Shown: positions 8,221 to 17,718 of the stretch, piece by piece | How the letters are laid out: every line of letters begins with the position of its first letter | Numbering within the stretch: position 1 is the first letter of the stretch | NCBI GenBank assembly: GCA_963717505.1 | Contig: OY970342.1 | Location: 1,408,001 to 1,472,000 of the forward strand | Direction of reading: 5' to 3' | DNA: 64,000 bases | From: Candidatus Eiseniibacteriota bacterium | GTDB taxonomy: Bacteria > Eisenbacteria > RBG-16-71-46 | Notes under the pieces: model-generated | What the model saw: only the letters and a program-made list of their open reading frames with translations | Told to the model about the DNA's origin: nothing | Database searches by the model: none | Made by a program: the position numbers and the translations under genes

Positions 8221-9174
8221 ATGACCGCCACCACGCTCGATCCCGTGCGCCGCCTGCGCACCTACGCGTCGTTCGTGCGCTTCGAGCACACGCTGTTCTC
8301 GCTACCCCTAGTCCTGGCGGGCGTGTTCAGCGCGCCCGGGCCGGCGATGAGCGCCGGGCGTTGGGTGCTGGTTGCGATCGCGGCGGTGGGTGCCCGCACC
8401 GCGGCGATGGCGATCAATCGGTTGATCGATCGCCGGCTCGATGCTCTGAATCCCCGCACGCGCGGCCGCGAGTTGCCGGCCGGCACCATGAAGCTCGCGG
8501 AAGGGTTGGCGTTGCTGGTGGTGAGCATCGCCGCCTACGTGATCGCGTGCGCCGCACTCGGCCCGTGGTTCTTGAAGGTCTCGCCGGTGCCGCTGATCGT
8601 GTTTACGGTCTATCCCTATCTCAAGCGCTTCACGCCGCTCTGTCACTTCGGGGTCGGGGCGGCGCTGGCATTGGCCCCGCTCGCCGGATGGGCCGCGGCT
8701 CGACCGGACCTGGGCGACATGGGTGCGGCCATCTGGCTGGCCGTGTTCGCCTTCTGGTGGGTCAGCGGTTTCGACATCATCTACGCGACCCTCGACGAGG
8801 AGTTCGACCGTTCGCATGGAGTCCATTCGATGGTCGTTTGGCTCGGACGCAAGCGGGCGCTCCTGGTTTCGGGATGGCTGCACGTGTTCGCGTTCCTCGC
8901 GCTGATCAACGCGGTTCGCCACATTTGGTGGGATACGCGCAACCTGTTCCCGGTGTGGGCACCGTGGGCACTTCCAGCGCTGGTGGCGGTGCTGGCCGGA
9001 GCCGCGGTGTTGCTATGGCTGGAGCAACGCTGGGCCGAGGATGTGAATCTCGCGTTCTTCAAGGTCAACGTCTACGTGGGCTTCGCCGTGCTCGCGACCG
9101 TGCTGCTCGCGCGCCTGCTCGACGGCGGGGGGTTCGGAGAAGTGCCGTCGACGCCGCCGGTGTTCGTGAACTGA
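8221..9174 (+). CDS. ubiA: UbiA-family polyprenyltransferase (MqnP-like, menaquinone biosynthesis)
   Basis: FEHTLFSLP, NRLIDRRLDALNPRT, YPYLKRFT, GFDIIYATLDEEFD, VNLAFF. Confidence 0.9.
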   Translation: MTATTLDPVRRLRTYASFVRFEHTLFSLPLVLAGVFSAPGPAMSAGRWVLVAIAAVGARTAAMAINRLIDRRLDALNPRTRGRELPAGTMKLAEGLALLVVSIAAYVIACAALGPWFLKVSPVPLIVFTVYPYLKRFTPLCHFGVGAALALAPLAGWAAARPDLGDMGAAIWLAVFAFWWVSGFDIIYATLDEEFDRSHGVHSMVVWLGRKRALLVSGWLHVFAFLALINAVRHIWWDTRNLFPVWAPWALPALVAVLAGAAVLLWLEQRWAEDVNLAFFKVNVYVGFAVLATVLLARLLDGGGFGEVPSTPPVFVN

Positions 9175-9175
9175 C

Positions 9176-9730
9176 ATGGCGCGCTACCTGATCGGCATGA
9201 CCGGCGCCTCGGGCGCCGCCTACGGCGTCGACTTCGTCAAGCGCTGCCCCGGCGAGAAGTATCTCGTGCTCTCCGACTGGGCGCGTCACGTGCTCCACGA
9301 TGAGACCGGTCTCAAGCCGAGTGACCTCGAATCGCACGTCGCGCGCACGTTCGCCGACAACGACCTGGCGGCGCCGTTCGCGTCGGGCTCCAATCGCTAC
9401 GACGCGTTCATCGTGATCCCGTGCAGTGTTTCGACGCTGGCCAAGATCGCGGTCGGGATCGCCGACACGTTGATCACGCGTGCCGCGTTGGTGGCGATGA
9501 AGGAACGCATGCGCATGGTGTTGTGCGTGCGCGAAACCCCGCTGCCGACCATCGCGCTCGAACACATGGCGCGACTGTCGCGCGAAGGCGTGATCGTGAT
9601 GCCGCTGTCGCCGCCCTGGTATCAGAAGCCGGGCTCGGTCGAAGACCTGGTGCGCGGGTTCACCAACAAGGTGCTTGGGGTGCTCGGCGAAGACGCCGGA
9701 CCGGGCTGGCGCGAGAGCGAACTCGAATGA
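9176..9730 (+). CDS. ubiX: Flavin prenyltransferase UbiX
   Basis: GMTGASGAAYG, APFASGS, PCSVSTLAKIA, LITRAA..MKER, RETPL. Confidence 0.94.
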   Translation: MARYLIGMTGASGAAYGVDFVKRCPGEKYLVLSDWARHVLHDETGLKPSDLESHVARTFADNDLAAPFASGSNRYDAFIVIPCSVSTLAKIAVGIADTLITRAALVAMKERMRMVLCVRETPLPTIALEHMARLSREGVIVMPLSPPWYQKPGSVEDLVRGFTNKVLGVLGEDAGPGWRESELE

Positions 9731-9773
9731 CGCCTGGAGCCCGCGAGCAAGTGACGGCCGTCGGACGGTTCGC

Positions 9774-11561
9774 GTGAGCGGTTTTCGCACGCTGACCGAC
9801 TTCCTCGACCACCTGCACGGGCGCGGGGACCTGAAGCGTGTCACCCGCGAGGTCGACTGGAAGTACGAAGTCACCGAGATCGCGTGTCGCGAAGCCAAGG
9901 CCGAAGGCCCCGCACTGCTGTTCGAGAACGTGCGCGGCGCGCGTTTCCCGCTGGCGGTCAACGTGCTCGCGGCGCGCCGGCGAGTCGAGTGGGCGATCGG
10001 CCGCACCCCGGGCTCGGTCGGCGCCGAGCTGGAAGAGATCCTTCACGCCGTGCCACCGCGCGAGCTCGGGGACTTGTGGAAGCTGCGGGGCAGCGCGTCG
10101 CGCGTATTGGCCATGCGTCCGCGACGCATGCGCCGCGGGCCGGCGCAGACTCTAGCGCTCGGTCCCAATCTCGACCTGCTGCCGATCCTCCAGTTGTGGC
10201 CCAAGGACGGCGGCCGGTTCGTCACCTTCCCGCTGGTGCTCACGCAGCATCCCGAGACGGACAAGCGCAACCTCGGCATCTATCGCATGCACGTGTTCGA
10301 CGCCGCGACCACCGGCATGCACTGGCAGATCGGGAAGGGCGGCGGGTTCCACTACCACGCGGCCGAGAAGCAGGGCCGCGGACTTGAAGTCGCGGTGCAC
10401 GTCGGCGCCGACCCGGCGACACTCCTGTCCGCGGTGTCGCCGCTCCCCGAAGGGATCGACGAGCTGGCGTTCGCGGGATTCCTACGCGGCTCGCCGACGC
10501 GGCTCGCGCGCGGCCGCACGATCGGCATGGACGTCCTGGCCGACGCCGAGTTCGTGATCGAGGGTTTCGTGCCGGCGGGCGAGCGACGTCAGGAGGGACC
10601 GTTCGGCGACCACTTCGGACACTATTCGCACGCGGCACCATTCCCGGTGTTTCACGTGCGCCAGGTCACGCATCGGCGCGCGCCGGTCTTCCAGGCCAGC
10701 GTGGTCGGCAAGCCGCCGCAAGAAGACAAGTTCATGGGCGAAGCGGTACAGGAGTTCTTCGCTGGCGTCCTGCGCGTGATCCACCCCGAAGTCGTCGACC
10801 TGTGGGCCTACTTCGAAGCTGGCTTTCACAACCTGCTCGTGGTCGCGGTCGAGAACCGATTCGCGAAAGAGGCTAAGAAGACCGCACTCGGGCTGCTCGG
10901 GACCGGCCAGCTGTCGCTGACCAAGGCGATCGTCCTCGTGGATGAGGACGTGAATCCGCGCGACCGCGCCGCGGTGTTCTCGGCTGTGGCGCGCAACTTC
11001 GATCCCGCCGAAGACTTCCTGCTGATCCCGGGTGTGCCGCTCGACACGCTCGACTTCACCAGCTACACCATGAACCTGGGCAGCAAGATGGTGCTCGACG
11101 CGCAGACCAAGGGGCGGCGAGTCGGATCGGCCGGCGTCGAACCCGGGCGCGACGCCGTGCCCCTGCGCGAGATCGCGGCGTCGGTGCCCGACCCACGTTC
11201 GTTCGATGACCGAGCCCTCGAGCATCGCCTGGCGTGGGGCGCGATGCTCGTCGTCCAGACCCGCGGCGACGGCAGGGCACTGGTCGAGCGCCTGATCGCG
11301 CGGCCCGAGTACGCGAAGGTGCCGCTGGTGATCGCGGTCAGCCCCGACGTGCCGCTCGACGACGACGAACTCTTGCTCTGGGGCATCTTTACGCGCTTCG
11401 ATTGCGCGCGCGACATCGTGCCGGCGTCGTCAGAAACGCGCGGCGCGTGGCTCAGCGTCCGCGGGCCGCTGGGGATCGATGCGACGTGGAAGGCGGGCTA
11501 TCCGGACACCGTGGAGAATTTGCCGGAGGTGGTCGCGGGCGTGTCGTCGTGGTGGGGGTGA
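9774..11561 (+). CDS. ubiD: UbiD-family decarboxylase (menaquinone biosynthesis)
   Basis: GPALLFENV, WPKDGGRF, NLGIYRM, EGPFGDHFGHY, GKPPQED; start probably GTG 9774. Confidence 0.93.
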   Translation: MSGFRTLTDFLDHLHGRGDLKRVTREVDWKYEVTEIACREAKAEGPALLFENVRGARFPLAVNVLAARRRVEWAIGRTPGSVGAELEEILHAVPPRELGDLWKLRGSASRVLAMRPRRMRRGPAQTLALGPNLDLLPILQLWPKDGGRFVTFPLVLTQHPETDKRNLGIYRMHVFDAATTGMHWQIGKGGGFHYHAAEKQGRGLEVAVHVGADPATLLSAVSPLPEGIDELAFAGFLRGSPTRLARGRTIGMDVLADAEFVIEGFVPAGERRQEGPFGDHFGHYSHAAPFPVFHVRQVTHRRAPVFQASVVGKPPQEDKFMGEAVQEFFAGVLRVIHPEVVDLWAYFEAGFHNLLVVAVENRFAKEAKKTALGLLGTGQLSLTKAIVLVDEDVNPRDRAAVFSAVARNFDPAEDFLLIPGVPLDTLDFTSYTMNLGSKMVLDAQTKGRRVGSAGVEPGRDAVPLREIAASVPDPRSFDDRALEHRLAWGAMLVVQTRGDGRALVERLIARPEYAKVPLVIAVSPDVPLDDDELLLWGIFTRFDCARDIVPASSETRGAWLSVRGPLGIDATWKAGYPDTVENLPEVVAGVSSWWG

Positions 11562-11666
11562 ATGGAGGAGACACACGGATTCTTTGAGGCCATGCCCGGC
11601 GGTTCTTCTCGGAGCATCCCGGTCTGCAACATGAGCGGCGTCCAGTGAGGAGCCTGATCGCGACGG

Positions 11667-11695
11667 TTGACAAGTGTTACCTTTAGAGGTAACGT
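11667..11695 (+). promoter_or_regulatory. Sigma70 promoter with palindromic operator for the TA-like pair
   Basis: TTGACA-N17-TAACGT; palindrome GTTACCT-TTAG-AGGTAAC at 11676-11693; GTG start 6 nt after the -10. Confidence 0.75.
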
Positions 11696-11701
11696 TTCGA
11701 T

Positions 11702-11896
11702 GTGGGGAAGGTGCGGCGGGGTGGGTACGTGTTTCTGACTTGGACGGGTGATCATGGGCCCCGCCATGTTCATGTCTATCGCCAGGGCAAGATGGTCCTG
11801 AAATGGGATCTGGAAAACGGCAAAGTCATGAGAGGCATGGCCACGCGAAGGCTTCGGATGCTCATCCACCAACTCGAACGCGAGGGCAGGCTGTGA
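11702..11896 (+). CDS. DUF4160-like putative toxin
   Basis: Small basic protein with GDHGPRHVHV motif; stop overlaps the next start (GTGA). Confidence 0.7.
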   Translation: MGKVRRGGYVFLTWTGDHGPRHVHVYRQGKMVLKWDLENGKVMRGMATRRLRMLIHQLEREGRL

Positions 11897-12360
11897 AGCT
11901 CCGATCGGTGGCGGTGAACAATCGCAAGAAGGCGTTTGAGGTCCAGACCTCAGGCCGCTCGCTGTCGTTCCCGTACGCCAAGGCCGATCCCAAACCGGGA
12001 GTTCGCGACCGGGTCAGCAGGGTGTTTGTCGATCGAGAACTGGGTCGTGAGGCCATCTCCTACGTTCTCGAGTCTGGCAAGGAAGGCTCGATCCACTCCG
12101 AGCAGATCCTCGAGTACAACGAAGACCCCGCCTACATGCGTGAGCTGCTTCTCTACAAGCTCACGCTCGAGGCACAGAAGCGAGTGGAGTCGAGCCCGCT
12201 GTCCAAGCGCGAGATCATTCGTCGCTTGGGGACGTCGGCGACCCAGCTCTACCGGCTTCTGGATCAGACGAACTACCGCAAATCCGTCGATCAGCTCCTG
12301 AGGCTTCTGCATGTCCTGGATTGCGAGGTCGATCTGGTGGTTCGCAAGAAAACCGCCTGA
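11893..12360 (+). CDS. Putative antitoxin with C-terminal XRE-like HTH
   Basis: LSKREIIRRLGTSATQLYRLLD HTH; coupled to the upstream DUF4160-like gene. Confidence 0.7.
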   Translation: MKLRSVAVNNRKKAFEVQTSGRSLSFPYAKADPKPGVRDRVSRVFVDRELGREAISYVLESGKEGSIHSEQILEYNEDPAYMRELLLYKLTLEAQKRVESSPLSKREIIRRLGTSATQLYRLLDQTNYRKSVDQLLRLLHVLDCEVDLVVRKKTA

Positions 12361-12387
12361 AGGGATACCGCCGCAGAGGAGTCGAAC

Positions 12388-12672
12388 ATGTCCACCAAAA
12401 GACAGTTCACCACCGAAGAAGCGAAACGAATTGGCGACGCACTGAAAGTCGACTGGTCCAAAGTCTGGCTGGAGCAGTTCCGTCTCGGCCTGGCCGTCGA
12501 GCTGGAGCACGGTGCACGCGACCCCAGCACCAACGTGACCAATGACGACGAGCTGACCACCGGTAAAATCGCGCTCGCTCACCTGTACGAGTTTCCGGAC
12601 TACTACGACCGGCTGTCTCGAATGGAGCAGGAAGCCGACGAGTACTGGGCGAAGAAGCAGACGAAATCATAG
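12388..12672 (+). CDS. DUF5661-like small protein
   Basis: GLAVELEHG...KIALAHLYEFPDYYDRL motif; AGGAG RBS. Confidence 0.75.
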   Translation: MSTKRQFTTEEAKRIGDALKVDWSKVWLEQFRLGLAVELEHGARDPSTNVTNDDELTTGKIALAHLYEFPDYYDRLSRMEQEADEYWAKKQTKS

Positions 12673-12712
12673 GTGGCGAACACGATTCCTGAGGAGTAGC
12701 CTTGATGTCGCC

Positions 12713-14428
12713 ATGAAGCCCCTCCTGGCGCTGGTCGTATTTTGCGTCGCGATGCTGCAAGCGAACGCGGCGATTGCAGCTGCGGGATCGACCGAGCCCG
12801 TGACCTACCGGCCCGGCGAGATCCTTGCGGTCCTGCGTGGCAGTGAAGACCTCCGTCTCGGCGCCGACAACCTGCTGCGCCTCGGCCACGCTGGCGACGC
12901 CGCGCGGCTCCTGGAACGCCACGGTCTCAGTCGGTACGAGCGCGTAGGCGGTCTCCTGTCTCCCGGCCTGAGCGTGGTGAAGCTCGTGAGCGACCGGCCG
13001 GACTTCGATCCGGTTCACGCCGCAGAGGAACTGCGATCGTCGGGTACCGTGCGGGCGGCGATTCCCAACTATCTGCTTCGGCTCTTCATTACGATCCCGA
13101 ACGATCCCTACGCGCTGCCCGAACAGTGGTACGTCCATTCCCCGGCCGACGGCGACGTCGACCTGCCGGACGCCTGGGACATCGAGCGCGGCGACACGTC
13201 GATCGTGATCGGTATCGCCGATACCGGTATCGACCTCGGGCACCCCGACCTGGCGCAGCAGATCTGGACCAATCCGGATGAGATTCCCGGCAACTCGGTC
13301 GACGACGACGGCAACGGCTACGTCGACGATGTCCACGGCTGGGACTTCGGCAACGACGACAACGATCCCAATCCGCATCCGGTGTTCGATCCGGTGGTCG
13401 AGATCGACGTTGGTTTCCACGGTACGTTCGTGGCGGGGATTGCGTCCGCCGCCACCAACAACGGCATCGGGATCGCCGGCGCCGGCTGGCGTTCGCGACT
13501 GATGCCGCTCAAGGTGGTCAATCAGGCCGGCGAGATCACGACGGAAGCGCTCGCGGAAGCGTTTCTCTACGCGGCCGCCGAGCATGCGGACGTGCTCAAC
13601 GTGAGCCTCGGACAAGTGGCCGAGCCCGGACTGCCGGAGTTCTTCCAACAGCTGGTCGACCACGCCGATTCCGCGGACGTCGTCTGCGTGAGCGCCGCCG
13701 GCAATGACGCCGACAGCGCGCCGGTCTATCCCGCCGCCAACGACAAAGTGATCGCCGTGGCGGCGACCGATCAGAACAACTTGCGCACCTCGTTCTCCAA
13801 CTGGGGGCCGTGGGTCGACATCGCCGCACCCGGCACCCAGATGTGGTCGTCGATCTGCCGCAACTACCCGCTCGACGAGATCAGCGACATCTACTACGTG
13901 TTCCTGTTCGGCTGGGACGGCGTCAATCCCTACATGTACGGCGACGGCACTTCGTTCGCCTGCCCGCTGGTGGCGGGGACTGTGGCGCTGGCGCGCTCGC
14001 GCTGGCCGGGGCTCTCCGCACACTCCCTGGAGCAACACCTGGTCACGACCGGTGACGCCATCGTCTACGACTTGCCGATCGGCAAGAAGCTCAACGCGTA
14101 TCGCGCGGTGACGATGTCGCTCGCGGTCGGCGACGGACCGGAGTCGGGTGCGCTCGTCTCGCTGGCGCCCGCGCGGCCCAATCCATTCCGCGATCGCGTC
14201 GCTCTCGAGTACTCGCTGGCGCGCGCCGGCGAGGCCTCACTCGTCATCCTCGACGTGCAGGGCCGTGTCGTGCGCACGCTGTTCCGTGGGTCGACCTCCG
14301 CCGGGACGCATCGCGTCGAGTGGGACGGCCGCTCGTCCGACGGTGCTCGCGCCGAGAGCGGCGTCTATTTCGCGCGCTTCCTCTCGGGGCCGGAGAGCGC
14401 AGTCCGGCGGATCGCCTACATCCGCTGA
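12713..14428 (+). CDS. Secreted S8 (subtilisin-like) peptidase with FlgD-Ig C-terminal domain
   Basis: Signal peptide; catalytic ADTG, HGTFVAG, GTSFACP; C-terminal PNPF...DVQGRVVRTL...WDGR...SGVYF. Confidence 0.92.
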   Translation: MKPLLALVVFCVAMLQANAAIAAAGSTEPVTYRPGEILAVLRGSEDLRLGADNLLRLGHAGDAARLLERHGLSRYERVGGLLSPGLSVVKLVSDRPDFDPVHAAEELRSSGTVRAAIPNYLLRLFITIPNDPYALPEQWYVHSPADGDVDLPDAWDIERGDTSIVIGIADTGIDLGHPDLAQQIWTNPDEIPGNSVDDDGNGYVDDVHGWDFGNDDNDPNPHPVFDPVVEIDVGFHGTFVAGIASAATNNGIGIAGAGWRSRLMPLKVVNQAGEITTEALAEAFLYAAAEHADVLNVSLGQVAEPGLPEFFQQLVDHADSADVVCVSAAGNDADSAPVYPAANDKVIAVAATDQNNLRTSFSNWGPWVDIAAPGTQMWSSICRNYPLDEISDIYYVFLFGWDGVNPYMYGDGTSFACPLVAGTVALARSRWPGLSAHSLEQHLVTTGDAIVYDLPIGKKLNAYRAVTMSLAVGDGPESGALVSLAPARPNPFRDRVALEYSLARAGEASLVILDVQGRVVRTLFRGSTSAGTHRVEWDGRSSDGARAESGVYFARFLSGPESAVRRIAYIR

Positions 14429-14432
14429 GCGC

Positions 14433-15869
14433 CTAGACCGGCCGCGGCTCCGCGGCAGAAACCCCCAACCCCTTCGCCTCGAACTCGGCGTAGCCACCTC
14501 GCGCGTCGAACAGGTCTTTGAACCCTGCGCGACGGAGCACGCTCACCGCGATCGGCGAACGCGTGCCGCCCTGACAGTGGATCGCGATCGGCCGATCCTT
14601 CGGCAGCTCGCCGGCGCGTGACGCCAGATAGCCGAGCGGGATGTGCACCACCCCCGGCACGTGGCCGGCCGAGTATTCGCTCGAACCGCGCACGTCGAGG
14701 AGCGTGACCTGGCGGGCCGCGAGCTTCCGCGCGGCGTCGCTGGCCGAAATCGACGGCGTCGCGATCAGCGCGCCGCTCGCTTTGGTCCATGCGGCGAGCG
14801 TGTCCTCACCCAGCCAGCCCGCCACGCGATCGAGGCCGATCATCGCCAGGTCGCGCACCGCCGCGCGCACCTCGGCCAGGTCGTTCGCCAGCAGGTAGAC
14901 CGGGCGATCGTAGGGCAGCAGCCAACCCGCCCAGGTGGTGAACGTGTTGCCCGCGGGTATGTGCAGCGTGCCGGGAATCGCGCCGGCGGCGTTGGCGGCA
15001 GACGATCGCAGGTCGACAACGACCTCGCCGCCATCCACCAGCTCGACGATCCGCTCGCCCGCGAGTTTCTCGGGATCGCGGAAGCCGCCCAGGAACGGCG
15101 GCCCCTGCTTGTTGATCCGCTTCATTTCCTTGAAGTAGACAGGCGGCTCGGGCTGGCCGGCGAGCACCTCGCGAACGAACGCCGTTTCGTTCTCGGAACG
15201 AACCCCCCAGTTGGTCAGCTTCTCGTAAGCGAGTGTCGTGGCCGGCAGGCCACCGAGGTTCTTGCCGCAGGCCGAGCCGGCGCCATGGCCGGGCCACAGC
15301 ATCAGGTGTCCGGGAAGCGTGCGGAACTTGGTCAGCGAATCGAACAGGACCCGCGCGCCCTTCTCCATCGTGCCCGCGTAGTTGGCGGCCCGCTCGAGCA
15401 GATCCGGCCGGCCGACGTCGCCGACGAACACGAAGTCGCCGGTGAACACCGCCATCGGTTCCTTGGAGGCCGGCTCGTCGGTGAGCACGAACGCGATGTG
15501 TTCCGGTGTGTGCCCGGGGGTGCGCATGACATCGAGTCGCACGTTGCCGATGCGAATGTGATCGCCGTCGCGCACCCGCGTCACGTTGGGTTGGTTCGCG
15601 AACCCGTACTTCCAGTCGGCGTCGCCTTCGTCCGACAGATAGAGTCGGGCACCTGCGCGCTCGGCCAGCTCGCGAGCACCCGACACGAAGTCGGCATGGA
15701 TGTGGGTCTCGGTGACCGCGGTGATCCGCATCTTCTCGGCCGCGGCTGCGCGCAGGTACTGGTCGACGTCGCGGTTGGGGTCGATGATTGCCGCTTCGCC
15801 GGTGGCGCCGCAGCCGATCAGGAAGCTGGCCTGGGCCAGTTTGTCGTCGTAGAAGCGCTTGAGGATCAT
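14433..15869 (-). CDS. MBL-fold persulfide dioxygenase-rhodanese fusion (CstB/Blh-like)
   Basis: ETHIHADFVSG, TPGHTPEH, GDVGRPDL, HGAGSACG, two rhodanese domains (HCQGGTRS). Confidence 0.9.
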   Translation of the reverse strand: MILKRFYDDKLAQASFLIGCGATGEAAIIDPNRDVDQYLRAAAAEKMRITAVTETHIHADFVSGARELAERAGARLYLSDEGDADWKYGFANQPNVTRVRDGDHIRIGNVRLDVMRTPGHTPEHIAFVLTDEPASKEPMAVFTGDFVFVGDVGRPDLLERAANYAGTMEKGARVLFDSLTKFRTLPGHLMLWPGHGAGSACGKNLGGLPATTLAYEKLTNWGVRSENETAFVREVLAGQPEPPVYFKEMKRINKQGPPFLGGFRDPEKLAGERIVELVDGGEVVVDLRSSAANAAGAIPGTLHIPAGNTFTTWAGWLLPYDRPVYLLANDLAEVRAAVRDLAMIGLDRVAGWLGEDTLAAWTKASGALIATPSISASDAARKLAARQVTLLDVRGSSEYSAGHVPGVVHIPLGYLASRAGELPKDRPIAIHCQGGTRSPIAVSVLRRAGFKDLFDARGGYAEFEAKGLGVSAAEPRPV

Positions 15870-15961
15870 GGCGCAAGGCTGCGGGAGTTTCGCTCGATTT
15901 TCAAGCCGCCGAACCACCGGGTTGGCGTTCGCGGACGGCGCCCGCTAGCCTCGCCGCTCCC

Positions 15962-16786
15962 ATGGACCGCCACCATCTGACCCACGCCCTGTTCGGTGAA
16001 TCCCGCGTCCTGATCGGGATGCTGCACCTGGGGGCGCTGCCCGGCAGCCCCGAGCACCGGCTCGACCTCGACGCCATCGTCTCGCGCGCCGTCGAGGACG
16101 CACGCGTCTACCGCGACGCCGGCTTTCATGCGCTGATGATCGAGAACATGAACGACCGGCCCTACCTGCGCGCGGCCGCCGACCCGGCGACCACGGCGGC
16201 CATGGCGGTCACCGGCTTCGAAGTCCGTCGCGAAGTCGCCCTCCCGCTCGGCGTCCAGGTGCTGGCGGCGGCCAACCGCGAAGCGCTCGCCGTGGCGGTG
16301 GCGTGCGGGGCGAGCTTCGTGCGCGTCGAGGGTTTCGTGTTCGCGCACGTCGCAGACGAGGGCACCATCGAGGGCTGCGCCGGTGAGCTGTTGCGCTATC
16401 GCGATCTGCTCGATGCCGAGAAGGTGCGCGTGTTCGCGGACATCAAGAAGAAGCACTCCGCGCACGCGATCACCGCGGACGTGAGCATCACCGAGACCGC
16501 CCGCGCCGCCGAGTTCGCGCTCGCCGACGGCGTGATCGTCACCGGGGCGGCGACCGGCCGCGAAACCGATCCGAACGACGTGCGCTCGGTGGCCGCAGCG
16601 GTCAACGTGCCGGTGTTCGTCGGCTCGGGCGTGACGCCGGAAAACGTCGGAAAGTACCCGCACGCCGACGGCTTCATCATCGGCTCGTCGGTCAAGCGCG
16701 ACGGCCATTGGGCGAACTTGCTGGAGGCAGGTCGGGTGCGTGCGATGGCCGAGGCCTTCAAGTCGCTGGCCGCCGGGCGAACGTAG
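15962..16786 (+). CDS. BtpA/SgcQ family TIM-barrel protein
   Basis: IGMLHLGALPGSP, ENMNDRPY, FADIKKKHS, ADGVIVTG, GSGVT. Confidence 0.9.
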   Translation: MDRHHLTHALFGESRVLIGMLHLGALPGSPEHRLDLDAIVSRAVEDARVYRDAGFHALMIENMNDRPYLRAAADPATTAAMAVTGFEVRREVALPLGVQVLAAANREALAVAVACGASFVRVEGFVFAHVADEGTIEGCAGELLRYRDLLDAEKVRVFADIKKKHSAHAITADVSITETARAAEFALADGVIVTGAATGRETDPNDVRSVAAAVNVPVFVGSGVTPENVGKYPHADGFIIGSSVKRDGHWANLLEAGRVRAMAEAFKSLAAGRT

Positions 16787-16796
16787 CGCGGCTACC

Positions 16797-17681
16797 GTGA
16801 GCACGGCTGTTCCCGACCTGGTTCTGCTCGGCAATCTGCTGGTCGACGACATCGTGCTCCGCGACGGGCGCACGCTCATGGGCGAGCCCGGGGGCGCGAT
16901 GCTCTATGCGGCGCTGGCGGCCAGAGCCTGGGGGCTGAACGTCGGGCTGGTTTCGGTGCGCGGCTCGGACTATCCGGAGTCGGCGCTCGAGGCACTGCGC
17001 GCGCGCGGCGTGGATCTCACCGGCGTGCGCTCGCTCGGCCGCCCGGGGGTGCGAACCTGGCTCCTCTATGAAGAGAGCGGCCGGCGGGTTCTCCACCATC
17101 TTGGCCGGCCGAGCCATCGAGAAGTCTCGCCGGCATTCGGCGACATTCCGAAGGCCTGGTTGGACGCACGGGCGTTTCACCTGTCGCCGATGCCGATCGA
17201 GTGCCAGCGGGAGGCTACGGCTGAGCTTGCACGCCACGCGGCCGCTGCCGCTTCACGAGGTGCGTCACGACCATTCGTATCGCTCGATCCTCACGAGTCG
17301 GTTCGCGATGACAATCTGGTCGAATGGCGGGCAGTGCTGGCTGACGTGGACGCGTTCTTCCCGAGCCAGGACGAGTTGAGGGTCGACGGCACCCGTCCCG
17401 TCGAATTGGCGCGCGTGCTGGCGGGGAACGGGCGCCTGCGATTCGTAGTGTTCAAGCGCGGGGAAAACGGTGGCATCCTGGTCGACCTCGCCGATTCGAG
17501 CGAGCGTCGGTGGACATCGTCGGCGTCGCGGATCGTGGATCCCACCGGTGCCGGCGACGCGTTTGCCGGCGGCTTCCTCGCCGGCTGGCTCGAGGGCGCG
17601 GATCTGGTCCGTGCACTTGAACAGGGATCGAAGTCGGCGGCACTGGCGGTTGCCGACTGGGGCGTTCGTGGTGTTCTGTAG
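16797..17681 (+). CDS. PfkB family carbohydrate/nucleoside kinase
   Basis: PGGAMLY N-terminal motif, KRGENG, VDPTGAGDAFAGGF. Confidence 0.88.
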   Translation: MSTAVPDLVLLGNLLVDDIVLRDGRTLMGEPGGAMLYAALAARAWGLNVGLVSVRGSDYPESALEALRARGVDLTGVRSLGRPGVRTWLLYEESGRRVLHHLGRPSHREVSPAFGDIPKAWLDARAFHLSPMPIECQREATAELARHAAAAASRGASRPFVSLDPHESVRDDNLVEWRAVLADVDAFFPSQDELRVDGTRPVELARVLAGNGRLRFVVFKRGENGGILVDLADSSERRWTSSASRIVDPTGAGDAFAGGFLAGWLEGADLVRALEQGSKSAALAVADWGVRGVL

Positions 17682-17718
17682 AGGGATCTGAAACCGCACG
17701 ATACTCGGGAGCGTTCAC

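Noticed and set aside
10648-10663. Half parS match TGTTTCACGTGCGCCA in ubiD
   Set aside because: The right half-site is broken, and the conserved VFHV codons explain the match
11562-11648. 28-codon ORF after ubiD
   Set aside because: Too short, with no recognisable motif or RBS
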